Part shown: in pieces, positions 22,540 to 34,361 of the stretch
Position numbering within the stretch: the first letter of the stretch is position 1
How the letters are laid out: each line of letters begins with the position of its first letter
The notes under the pieces: generated by a model
The model's input: the letters and a program-made list of their open reading frames with translations, nothing else
Database searches by the model: none
What the model was told of the DNA's origin: nothing
Made by a program: the position numbers and the translations under genes
Assembly (NCBI GenBank): GCA_010093995.1
Contig: ML992508.1
Span: 654,506 to 718,505, forward strand
Reading direction: 5' to 3'
From: Elsinoe ampelina
Taxonomy: Eukaryota
DNA length: 64,000 nt

Positions 22540-25500
22540 CTAGTTATTGCCTAATAAGGTAAGACGATAATACTAGCTAAAGCCTTAGTATAATAAAGAT
22601 CTATACGTTAAACTACTTTATACTAGAAGTTAAGATATAAGAGAGTAAGGTAAGAGTAATAATAGATTCGGGAGCTAACTATAGCTACGTCTCTATAATA
22701 GTTGCTAATTAGCTTAAACCTTATTAACACTAGAAGGAGTTACCTTACCTACTTACTATAGCGAATAGAACCCCTATAGGGAAGAATAGGAAAGTTACTT
22801 AGGAACTATAAAACGTTATAATTAAAATCGAAATATATATAGAAAAACAATCGATCGATATAGTAGACATATAGTATAATATAGTACTTAGTATAGACTA
22901 GCTTTAATAATACAATCTAGACGTAGACTAGATTAAAGAAACACTTGAATTCCCTAAGTACAATTATAAGACGTAGGAAGTATAATTAGCTCTATAGATA
23001 CTAACTATAAGGATAGTATAGGTATAACTAATAGTTAGAGCTATCGCTAGCGTAAGTAACTAAGTACTTCCGCTAGAATATAAAGACTTCGAGGACTTAT
23101 TTAAAGAAAGGAAAGGCATTGCGGCCTTACTCTAATATAAACTATAGAATTACAAAATACTCTTTAAAGAGAGTAAATCCCCGACATACTATTAAGGTCT
23201 TATACTACTATCGAAACAAGAGGAGAATATCCTTAAGAACTATATCGACAAGTACTTACTTAAAGGATTTATACAACTATTAAAATTACCTATTGCGTAC
23301 GGAGTGCTTTTTACACCTAAAAAGGATAGAACGTTACAAATATATATTAATTACTAGAAACTTAATACACTTACTAGGAAGAATCGCTATCCTCTACTAA
23401 GGATTAATAAACTTTAAGACCGACTACTTAGAGCTAAATAGTTCACCGTAATTAACATTAGGGACGCCTATTATTAAGTATAAATAAAGGAGAGTAAGAA
23501 GTAAAAGATAGCTTTTAGGACGTAATAGAGCCTATATAAGTACCTCGTTATGCTCTTTAGGCTAACTAACGCTCCTATAACCTTCTAAGAGTTAATTAAT
23601 AACACTCTATAAGAACACCTTAATAACTTTATCTTAGTATATTTAGATAATATTATTATCTTCTTAAAGACGTATAATAAATATATAGGACATGTTTATA
23701 AAGTGCTATAGAAACTAAAAGAGAAAGACCTACTAGTAAAACTCTCTAAGTATAAGTTCTATAAGTATAAGATATAATTTCTAGACTATGTTATATCTAC
23801 TAATAGTATCGGACCTAATCTAAAGAAGATTAAGTTAGTAAATAACTAGCCGGAACCTATAATAGTTAAGGAGGTTTAAGCGCTACTAGAGTTCTTTAAC
23901 TACTACTATAAGTTCGTTAAAGGATTCTCTAAGGTAGCTACGCTAATATCTAACCTTATAAAGAAAAAAACTAGATTTGTCTTTAATAAGAAATATAGGT
24001 AGGCCTTTAAGAAGCTAAAGCTTAGACTTATAATAGCACCTATCCTAGTACTCTTTAACCTAAACTAATAAGCACTACTAGAAATAGATACCTTAGACTT
24101 TACGATAGAAGCGTATCTAGCGTAGAAGAATATAAAAGAATAACGCTACCTAATTATATACTACTTACGAAAAATAACCGGACCTAAACTTAACTATAAT
24201 ATATATAATAAGGAGTTACTTATAATTATAGAGGCATTCCGCGAATAGAGAGTATACCTAGAAGGAATAACCTTACCTATATAAGTCTACACCGACTATA
24301 AGAACCTATTATATTAGACAATAACTAAGGTTCTTAATAGATAATAAGTGTAATAGTTAGAAACACTTATAAGCTATAACTTTTAGATCTACTATATTAA
24401 GGAATTAGAGAATAGTAGAGTAGACGCTCTTAGCCGATAACTAAATTACTTAAAGAACATAATAATAATAGAGGCCTCTATACTAAAGTAGTAAGACAGC
24501 GCTCTAGTCTATAAGCACCCGAAGGTAAAGTAGTTATATAGCCTTACCTAGGAGCTTACGTAAGAATAGAAGAAAGAAGTTATTTAAATACACTATAATA
24601 ACCTAATAGTAGGACATAGTAGAATCGATAAGACTATTAAACTTATTATATAAAACTACCTATAGAAAGGACTCCGAAACGATATTAAGACATATATTAC
24701 TATATACGATATATACTATAAGTCTAAGCACTTACGACATAAGCTATATAGCCTATTATAACCTTTACTACCACTAGATAAACTATAGTAATCAGTTATA
24801 ATAGACTTTATAGGACCTTTACTACTATTAGAAGAACCTCTTATAGGTGTAAAGTATAATAGCATTCTAGTTCTAGTAGATAGGTTTACGAAGTATTACT
24901 ACTTTATACTATATAAGACAATAGTAACTACTAAGGATATAGCCTTTACCTTCCTCCGAATAATTGTTTTATAACACGGAGTACTACGAGACCTAATAAC
25001 TAATAGAGATAAGCTATTTACGTTACAATTCTAGTAATTATTTATAGATCTACTAGGAGTTAAATATAAGCTATTAACTTCCTTTTATCTATAAACGAAT
25101 AGACAAACTAAACGGGCAAATTAAGTACTAGAGTAGTACCTACGATGCTATCTAAATTATAAGTAAGACTTATAGGTAATACTATTACTACTCGTAGAGC
25201 TCGCTATTAATAATAGAAAGTTAGTAAATAGAATTTCACTATTCTATATAAACTATAGAATATACCTAGATCTATACTACGACACACTCGGAATTAAGCT
25301 AATATCTAAGGACGCTAATATACTAGTAGCTAATATTAAGAAACTATATAACTAGCTATATTACGATATAGTATTTATATTATAAAGAATAGTAGAGTTT
25401 ACTAACTAGAAGAGAATTATAGGACTAATTCTATAGGAGGGAGAGAAAGTTTACCTCCTTAGTAGAAATATTAAAATAAAATAACTAAGTAAGAAACTTA

Positions 25501-25910
25501 ACTACACTAAACTAGAACTCTTTAAGATCCTAGAAAAGAAAAACAAGAACGTATATAAACTAGAACTACTAAGACATATAAGGATCTATCTAGTCTTTTA
25601 TATATTACTACTAGAGAAAGTACTATAGAACGCTATACCTAGACCTATCGAACTAGATAAAGAAACATAGGAGCTATAGTATAAGATCGAAAGGATTTTA
25701 CATTATAAATCTATAAGGGAAAAACGTTACTATCTTATCTACTAGAAAGGACATTAGTATAGTAAGGCAATATAGGAACTAGAAGAATACTTTACCTCGT
25801 AAGTAATCCTAGACTACTAGATTAAGAACCTATCCTAAGCGAACTAACTAGATAGACCTAGCACTTCTAATACTAAACAAAAACGAGAATGCCTAAGGAA
25901 GATCGCTTAG
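22530..25910 (+). pseudogene. Pol relic: aspartic protease, RT, RNase H, integrase, chromodomain
   Basis: All in one frame, -1 to gag: IDSGA at 22662-22676; RT ...NYxKLNTLTRKNRYPL, VMLFRLTNAP, YLDN (YLDD) at 23640; RNase H LEIDTLDF (ETDASD) near 24080; integrase H-x6-H and SFYL*TNRQTKRAN; chromodomain YKIERIL...YLIY*KG...AI*ELEE at 25680-25795. Confidence 0.92.
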
Positions 25911-26455
25911 CTAATAGAAGTACCTTAATCGTTACTAAATAGAGAACTCTAGTTAGAGTTAAGCATAAATAATTACTAGTCCTATAGTAGAATAGGATCC
26001 ACCGACGATAGTATTTCCTCCTACTCTAGGACTCGAATACGAGTCTCCTCTAGAGAGATTACTTTCTCTACCTTGTCCTTTAACTTTTATATCTCTTTAC
26101 GTAGGCAAAGCTTATTACCTATAGCTCTTTAATAAGCCTCTTTTGCCTTTTTATAAGCTTCTTTAGCTTCCTTTCTAGTAGCCTTAGCCGTAACTAATTC
26201 CTTTCGTAAATAAATATACTTAGACTAGAGACACTACTATTTTAATTTTATTACCTAAATATTATAACTTAAGTAGTTACTTACGATATACTAGCTATAA
26301 ATACCTAACCGAACGTAGACTTTATAGTCTAGCCCTTTTAACTTACAACGAGAGTAAGCTTATAGTATGTTAGTTCTAAACAATTTAATAAACTCTAAGA
26401 GGTTCTTTCGTATAGATATACTAGATTTACTATACCTTCGACAACTAGGAGACAT
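25910..26455 (-). pseudogene. Antisense ORF3 relic within the Gypsy element: Zn2Cys6-spaced Cys cluster plus coiled coil; 3' end approximate
   Basis: From ATG 26455: ...AYSRCKLKGLDYKVYVRLGIYS*YIVSNYLSYNI..., then heptad-like LRKELVTAKATRKEAKEAYKKAKEAY*RAI...LRKEI*KLKDKVEKVISLEE. Five Tyr codons (TAT/TAC) back-mutate to Cys, giving C-x2-C-x6-C-x8-C-x2-C-x7-C. Confidence 0.65.
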
Positions 26456-26529
26456 ATTTAGTATATAGCGCGTAAGAATAAGAAAGGATACTTACTTATT
26501 AGGACAACTTAATTAAGGGAGGAGAGTAA

Positions 26530-26992
26530 TATTATAAACTAGTAGGATAGCTAAAGCGTAGAGACGTTAGGACTAATTAAACTACTAAGGTTATTACGTG
26601 ACCTAGCCCGACGTTTACCTAGTTCTCTATCTTCTCTAGTAGCTCTACCCTAGGGACTATAGAGTATATAGGTTACTAGTAGACGTGTACTCTATATTGC
26701 CTCTAACTCTCGCTACGGAGTATATAGAGTATATAGAGTACGTAGGGAAGAACATATATATATAGAAGTAGTTCTTACCTTATATAAGTATAGTAGTTAA
26801 CCTTGTCTAGATAGTAAACACTAGTATTACTAAGGCTAGCCCTTATAATACTATTTAATTGTACTTTATTATCTATAAGATATATCTTCTCTAACTCTTA
26901 CCTTAGTACTATACTACTATAGAAGTAGAACTACCTCGTTCTTAGCTTAGCTTAGACTACTAGCGTAGGCTATGTTTAGATAGTTCGTAATA
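26530..26992 (+). repeat. 3' LTR
   Basis: Same length as the 5' LTR. The differences seen are C/T and G/A transitions. Preceded by the PPT and followed by the TSD GATAG. Confidence 0.92.
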
Positions 26993-27950
26993 GATAGCTA
27001 GCTCTAAGAAATTAGCGTATTTCTCGTACCTAGCGACTAGATTATAGTATTACTTTACTTACGCCTTTAGCACTAAGAAGAATTACTCGATAGAATTAAA
27101 ATCTAGCGAATAGAGTAGTAGGTATTTAAAGTAACTTCTATGCTCTTATACTAGCTCCTTTACCTTATCGCTCCGGTAGATTAAAGTATTATCTATAACG
27201 AAGATTATACTAGCTAGAAGCTCTAGTATTATTATATCTATTAGCTAGCTAATAAAGATCTTACTAGTAATTAATCTATAGTAGATTAAGGTACTAGAGA
27301 GATAGCTATTAATAGTAATAGCTAGTAATACGCTCTACCTCTTACTACGCTACTTTAGCTAGATATCTATATACTTCTTACTAATAGGCGCCTACCTATA
27401 TCTCCTCTATACTATATACTTATTATAAGCTAACTTATTAATGTAAATAATTCTATTAACTAGCTAAAGCATATACCTTCGAGTCTAATTTGCCCTAAGT
27501 ATTATATCTCTTTTAGCCGCTACCTTCTTAGCTACCTTTTAAGACTACTACTAGCGCTAGATTATATACTAGATTATACTTAAGTATATCTAGTAATTAT
27601 ATATCTCTCTTAAGAAGGCTTAAACTTTATTAAGATAAGTAGTAGAGATGTCGTTTAGGTAGGCTATTACCTCCTTAGATAGGTTAGTATAGAAAGAGCT
27701 TAGCTATAAAGGACTTATATCTTCTAAGAAAGGAGTAAGAGTATAAGGGTGTAGTATATAAGCTTTAATAGAAGAATAAGAAGTACTAAAGAACTCGAGG
27801 AATAGTCGAATTTAGTAGATTATAGCTCTAGCTACCTTAGTAGTAGTATAAATAGCATAATCGGTATACTCTTTAGTAAGTAAGAACTATACATCTACTA
27901 GTTTTAATTTAGCTATCCAATAATTAACTATAACAGTAATAACCTAATTA
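26993..27950 (-). pseudogene. Tc1/IS630-like DD34E transposase relic (C-terminal tail displaced to 19898-19963)
   Basis: Minus frame: IYIN(D)KLAYN...RRYR*AP (first D about 27438), IFVIDNTLIYRS (D at 27191-93) and YLLLYSLDFNSIE (LPPYSPDFNPIE, E at 27086-88), with exactly 34 codons between the second D and E. N-terminal HTH-like segment and a probable mutated intron near 27680-27720. Confidence 0.88.
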
Positions 27951-27964
27951 GAGTAGTATAGCGA

Positions 27965-28099
27965 CTATTATACCTTTTTTTAGCTTTAATTTATTAGTAT
28001 TCTCTATAGACTTCTAGCTAGCCAAATTTGATAACGAGAGGTCGACGCGGAGTACAACACGCCAAGCCCGGGGTGGCTCGGTTGAACTCAAAACGACTG
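27965..28099 (-). repeat. Right TIR plus subterminal inverted repeat
   Basis: Reverse complement of the left-end blocks, with the perfect 40-mer at 28060-28099. Confidence 0.9.
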
Positions 28100-28513
28100 T
28101 ACTTTTGCACAAAGACTGGTATGGAAATAGACGTCTGGCCTCAGCATCATGTCGATCTGAGCCATCGATGAAGCATATCAAATCTATGTGCTGCGCTGCA
28201 GAAAGTGCGGCTCCGTTGATTTGCTTGATCGGCCCTCGTCTTCCGGCTTCATGAATGTCCTATTGCTGCCCATCGTTGCGCAGAGCATGCGAACACTGTG
28301 GTATGAGAAGTGTGCAAGCTCCCCAAGTATCACGATTTTCGGACTTCCAATGGCGGTGCTCAAGTCCATCTCTGCACGGCCACGAGGCAAGCCTCGCCAC
28401 GCGATCACCATACGCACTAGGTCAATCACACAACAATCCCAAAGGTACAGCATCTCAAAGCAAGGTATACATTCAACCACCACCCCAACCCCTTCTCCTC
28501 CCACTATTTATCT

Positions 28514-30421
28514 CTAAGCAGAAACCTCGGCAACATGAAGCACATTCGCGTTCTCATCCAGCGCAATCTTCTTCTTCTGAGTAGAAGCCTTCCGCGGGTT
28601 CTTCGCCTTGAAGATCTCGTCGAGCTCCTCGAGCGTCATGTTCTTTGTCTCGGGGACGAAGAAATAGATGGTCGCGGCCTGGAAGAAGCACCAGATGGAG
28701 AAGATGATGTAGGTCTTCCAGCCAATAGCCTCGAGGGAAACCTAGCGAGGATGTTAGTATAGTGTCAATGAAATTTTGGGGTCGGAAGAGATGACTTACG
28801 GGCCATGCGAATTGTCCGAGCAGACCACCGGCGGCGGTAGCCAAGTTGGAGAAAGCCATACCCTTGGCGCGCATCTCGAAGGAGAGGACCTCGACTGGGT
28901 ACAGAGCCTGGAGCGGGGTGATGGAGAAGGAGTAAATGATGGAGAAGATGTAGATGAAAGCCTGCATGGCGCGGGCGGCGCTGAGGTTGGTCTGACCGGA
29001 TCCGTTGAAGATGCCAGAGGCGGTGGTCATGGCGACCCAGGTGACGGCACAGCCGGTCATGCCGTAGAGGAGGAGAGGACGACGACCGATCTTGTCGAGG
29101 GTGGAGGCTCCGGAGATGGCGACGACAAAGGACGCGCAGGCAATGCCGAGAGCAATGTTCTGCTGGGTGATGGGCTCGGTGATGCCGACGGTGTCGAGGA
29201 CGGCGGAGAGGTAGTAGGAGAGCACGGAGTTGCCGGCCCACTGTCCCCAGAGGGAGATCATGACGTTCATGGCCAACCTGTACCTAGAGGCGGCGTCACG
29301 GAACAGAGCACGGTAATCCCACCAGCGCTTGTCTGTACCGTCGAGCTCGAGATGCTCCTCGTACTCGTGGAGCTGGAGAGTCACCCAAGCCGAATCGGGG
29401 TTGCCATTGCCGTGGTACTTGGTCAAGAAATCTCTGCACTGTTGTTGCTTGCCGTGGACGTAGAGCCAGCGAGGACTCTGGGGATTGTGTTAGTTGCTGA
29501 TCACAATGCATATGGAAAGGTCTTACCTCTGGCATGATCCACACACCGAGAACAATGATACCGGCGAAAAGCATCTGAAGCCAGACAGGAATGAGCCAGG
29601 ACTTGTTACCGGTCATGTTGAGTCCACCACGTCCAGCACCTGAAGCGACAATGGAGCCAGTGAACCTGCTACGTGTTAGTCTTTGTCCGCATGCTCTTTC
29701 TTCCGTTGTGCTTACCAGAAAGTGTTGTAGAGACCACCAGCACGGCCACGAAGAGCGGGCTGGACAACCTCAACGACGTACATTGGTCCAGCAGCCGCGG
29801 CAATAGCGACACCGAAACCGAGGAAAAAGCGGCCAGCACCAAAGACGTAGGTCGCGGTGAGGTAGTTGTCGATCCTCACGGTGCAGCCCTGGATGACAGC
29901 TCCGATAATGATGATGATCGCTCCGACGAACATACCGCCACGACGGCCGGCATTATCGATGACGGGACCAATGAATGGCAGGGCGGTCACGGAACCGATC
30001 TGGTAGAGAGAGGTAATGATACCAGCCCAGATACCGACGTTGGAGCCGTGGAAAAAGTCCTTCCAGATAGGGTTGATGAAGAGGTTGTTGAGGAGAGAGC
30101 CATCGTAGCCGTTTGCGGTCGAGCAGCAGAAGGCGATGAAGCAGCACAGGTACAGGTGCCACGAGGCAGCGTTGAAGTAGACTGGAGGCTCCTTCTCGTA
30201 GGCTTCGGCGAATGCCTCAGAACCAGTGATGGCCTTTACGGTCTTGCCCTCCTTCTCGTCGAGCTGGTCGTCGTCAGTATAGTTTCAGAGGCGCGAAAGG
30301 GCGGCAGCCACCCCCGGCAGTCTAGTGCGGTGCCGAGGACTGGGGTAAGGATGGGGGGAATGCTCACCGAGATCTCCTCCTGAGTGGCATGAATGTCCTT
30401 CTCGTCAATCAAAGTCGCCAT
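28514..30421 (-). CDS. cdt-1: MFS sugar porter, cellodextrin/lactose permease closely resembling Neurospora CDT-1; multi-exon
   Basis: STANGYDGSLL, AAAAGPMYVVEV..PALRGRAGGLYNTFW, SPRWL, KYHGNGNPDSAWV.LQL.EYE..L..DGTDKRWWDYRALFR, GQWAGN.VLSY, PETKNMTLEELDEIF. ATG 30421, stop 28514. Orthology is by motif recall, not phylogeny. Confidence 0.8.
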
Positions 30422-31571
30422 CTTGTATGGAGCGTGACAATCTTTTCGTCCTGGGGATAACAAGATCTGACAGGGGGGATGGGAATCCGGTGGGTACATA
30501 TAATAAACTTACCGTCCAGTAGGGCCAGCGCACTGCTGTCCACGGATGGCCAACTCGTGGCTCCAAACAACAAATCATGCATCTCATGCCGGACCCCCTT
30601 CATTCGGCACCCAGATTGAGACCCCGGCCTGATGATCAGCAGCTACGAGCTCCGCATCGCAAATGGCCAAACCTGAACGCCCCCGGTAGCGTCTGCTAAC
30701 TCTGCTTGGAGTTTGATTGAAGAGGCTCTCGCGAGAGGCAGAGCTTGAACGGGAGACGGTCCTCCGCGTCCAAATGGAGCGTGGTAGGTCTCAAGGCGGA
30801 CCCGGCCCTTGGCGAAAAGACATGCTCTCTCCGAGGTCTCTGTCAAGCTTCTGGGCTACTTCGACGGATCGCCATTGGTGCAATTACAACGAGATCGGAC
30901 CCAGGGAACCGACCTGCAAGACACGCGAGGTTTGGGCGCGTGCGGGAAGCGTGAAGGTGTCCACTCTCCGAGTCTCCTGTCGCAGGGTCTGGCCTCGGTG
31001 CACGAAGCTAAAACGGCGCCACAGCTTGTGATCGCGGGAACTGCAAGAAATGAAAGAAAAGCTAGATGGCCATTTGAGCCCTGACGAGAGTCCCGTCATC
31101 TGGTAAGTTTGGCGTGGATGATGCTGTGTCAATCTCCTCCAGACAGGTGATCCGATCGCAGGGCATGTATCCCGTCAGACAAAAGCCCTTCTTCAATTTC
31201 TGTCAAGTGCAGAAGAACATGGAACGACCTGCATGAAACCTTGCCCCCAGCCATTGGAGGACATGCCCCGGATGATCTGTTCCCCATGGGCATATCGGGG
31301 TCAATTTTCCGACCTTAAAAACACGATCCACACCACCTAGCACGCCGCATGAACGATTCGGCAGCGAATAGATACACACCATCGCGCTCGAACAAACAGG
31401 ATACATGTCTCTCATGCATTCAATCATGCGGTGACCACGCCTCATGGCGCCCGTTGGATCAAAGTGAGGCACGACCAGCCAACGTTTCTGTCGTGTCCAA
31501 TATTGGATTTTTTTTTCATGGTTCAGTTCATCCGGATACGGTCAGGAGCTCGTCGCTCCGTTGCTTGACCT

Positions 31572-33292
31572 CTAAGGCCATCTCAATAGTCCACCCCGAA
31601 ATATGCGCCTCAGCTCACCGCAGGCGCCGTTGAAGACATCTCGCCGCTTCTTCTGATGATGAGATCTGGCATGCAGTGATCTCACGTCCACGCTCGTTTC
31701 CAGCGCGCACCCGTGCCGCTCTTCCACAAAGCATACTTTCCGCACTGCTTTATCCTCTGGTTCGCGCCGCTCGGGCTTCCTGTTGGGGCTCGATGGGCTT
31801 GATATTCCTGATATCCCAGAATCTTGACGTGACAAGGTTGGTTTCCGTTGGGTAGGATCAGCTTGTTTCGCGAGCATGATGGGCACGTCGCCGGTTTCTG
31901 ATACGGCTTGCCTGGGTCCGCTCAGGGTACGCAGAGCCTCGTCCCAGGTGCCAGACTCGAGCTCGACATGCTCAAAATCGAGATCTCGAATGGCCCGATT
32001 ATCACGCAGCAGGCTTTGCACTTGCCCGACTGAGGCGGTCATGTTGTGCAAACTTAGCGACACCAGACGAGGGAAGCGAATCACATGCTCTCCTGCCTGG
32101 GGGATCGACGGCTGTGTGGGCTGTTGCCGCAGGGCAGGGTGGGACGGTCGACGTGCACCCCGAAACGATTTGCTGGGTCGGAGATCCCGACGAGTCTGGG
32201 GCGAAAAGGGGTAGGGACCTGCTCGCCCTACCCAGGAGAATGACAGTCGTTCGATATTGCGAAAGTTGCGAAGATAGTCTTGTACGACAAGGAGCTGCTC
32301 GCTGGCGTCTCTTGACTTGTTCTCTATGCACCTCACCGATGCATCGACTTGCTCGACTTGCGAACACCAGTCACAGACTCCACTCTGTTCTGGAAGTAAA
32401 GAGGTTGGCTTGAGATACTTCATCGCCGAAGATGGCAAGTCGTTCAAAGATACTCGAGAAAGTGTATGGATAGGTGCAGATTCCAGAGCTGCTCGAAGAG
32501 ACACCAGCGCAAAGTCCGACACGTTTCGATGATGTGAGCGTACGTGGAACCCGTCGCTCTTGCCCTGAACGACCAGTCGGGTCATGTTGCTCAATGCCGA
32601 TACAGCCTGGACGAAGGATGCCGAATTGGCCGCGGCATGAAAAAGAGGTGGATACTGTCGGACGAGCAGATCTGTGGTCTCCCAGTCGCCATATTTGGGC
32701 TCCTTGAATCTGCTCTGGCTGCTCCCTGAAGAGGTAGGTCGTACAGGTGTGTAGGTAAAATTCTTCTCCTCGCCGGTCTCCGTGTCGATCAAGGGTGGCA
32801 GGACATGCTCAAAGGTATAGGGCAGTACAAGTCGGAAAGTCTGCACATGGCGGCCGATCCGTTCAAGAGCCTGGATCCGAGGTCTTTTGAATGAGTTCGC
32901 CTTGAAGAAGCAATTGATATCTTCGAAGCAACGAGGTGCCAGTCGTGTGCTCAGGTCAAGGGACACCAGACGCAGGTTCGCAAGATCTCTCTGGTCCAGG
33001 AACGACAAGAACTTCTCTCGACAATCCTCAGAGTGCCAGAATCGCAGGAAGGTCGCATTGGTCGATTGCACAACTGTGCAGGGGCTAAAGATGGTCGACG
33101 AAGCTATGGTCTGTCAGAGAACGCGAGAGGTATTGCTGCAGCGAGGACCATACATGTCAAGCTCGATGCATCAATCTCCCCAAAGAGCAGTCTCGCGCCG
33201 CCACTCCCACTCGACGCGGTCGAGGTAGTTGAGAAGACTGTGGATGGCTTCGCGACGAGCGTCGACCCGGAAAAAGCTGGTCGTTCATACAT
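31572..33292 (-). CDS. Fungal hypothetical protein with F-box-like N-terminus and LRR-like body
   Basis: 499-aa ORF (FLSFLDQRDLANLRLVS...FPRLVSLSLHN). A probable first exon from ATG 33292 is joined by an intron near 33110-33152. Confidence 0.7.
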
Positions 33293-34361
33293 GGTGACGA
33301 GTCCTGCTCGATCACACTGACATCAATTGCTTTCTCAAAGTTTGGTAGACAAGGTCAACTTGCAATTGATCACGATCTGAACGGACAGAGAAGAGGAAGT
33401 GGATGATGAAGGTGGCAAGGCATCGCGATCGGGATGGTCGCTCTATACTCAACCTCCCTGCTCTACCTACGTGTGGCGGCGGCCAGGTGGGCCAGCTGCA
33501 GCCCAAGACACGGCATGCATGGTAAGAGCAGAACAAGTGCGAGATCCTACGCTGAGCAGAGGCAATGTTGTGGTGGTTCACGACCTGCGTCGCGACACAA
33601 ACGCGGGCTATCAACGAGTCGAGGTCGGCGGGGCACACGTGTTTATAGGCTATCGGTGAGCAGCTGCAGGTCAAGGAGAAGCATATGCGCCTAAGACCAT
33701 TAGCTCTATGTTTCACATGCTGATTTGACCAATTGTACGGACGGAAAGTCGGTGGCAGGAGGAAGCGCTAGAGGATGGTGCATTTTAGGCAAAGCGGGGC
33801 AAGAGTGCAGAAACACGTCCTTCAACGTGAACGTGCACGAAAATATCACGTTCCTTACTCGCCGCGCGACAGCTGAGTCAGCCACACGTACTGCTGGTGA
33901 TCACAAGAGCAGGAGCTGCGCAGTGTAAGATGCTAATATTCTGGTAGGTGCCACAAAGTACACTTTGATCTTTACCATGGGTATCTTTTCCTAAAACGCC
34001 TTTCCTCCATGCCCTTTCCACCATTTTTTTGATCTCTCCCGAGACAAGACAGTGCTCTTTCCACTCGCCATGCTGTGCCATTCGTAGGAATCGAAAAGGC
34101 GTGTCGATTCGTGGACCAGGCTCTCCTCCGAAGCCAGTCGGTGCTGATATGCTATATCATACAAAGACTTACCTTCACCAGATGTGTGTCGTCCCGCTGC
34201 AGTACGTTAAATTCCTCCCGCTATGGCCTGTCACGTTAGTTGCACTTAGACATCAAATTAGCGCGATCAGGGGATAGGTGCAGGATCGCAAAGGAGTAGC
34301 AAATGGGACCAGGCCAGATCCGTAGCTTCCAGTGTGCCGGTGAAAGCGTCCAGTCAGACCG

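Larger units (their letters stand above)
19969..26992 (+). mobile_element. Ty3/Gypsy chromovirus LTR retrotransposon, full length, RIP-inactivated
   Basis: Two 463-bp LTRs, 5-bp TSD GATAG (19964-68 and 26993-97), domain order gag-PR-RT-RH-IN-chromo, and a polypurine tract AAGGGAGGAGAG just before the 3' LTR. Confidence 0.95.
17646..28099. mobile_element. Tc1/mariner-superfamily DNA transposon, RIP-mutated, interrupted by a nested LTR element (about 3.43 kb without it)
   Basis: Perfect 40-bp TIRs CAGTCGTTTTGAGTTCAACCGAGCCACCCCGGGCTTGGCG at 17646-17685 and 28060-28099. TA flanks both ends (17644-45, 28100-01). The interior is TpA-rich and holds a DD34E transposase relic. Confidence 0.93.

Noticed and set aside
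17700..28020. AT-rich block as possible centromere, organellar insertion or foreign DNA
   Set aside because: Fully accounted for by two nested transposons with a TpA-biased RIP signature.
30422..31571. Cellulase-regulator (CGG-Nn-CCG) and CreA-type SYGGRG sites upstream of the cdt-1-like gene
   Set aside because: Only short matches expected by chance were seen, with no exact CGG-N8-CCG found by eye. Not supportable without footprinting.
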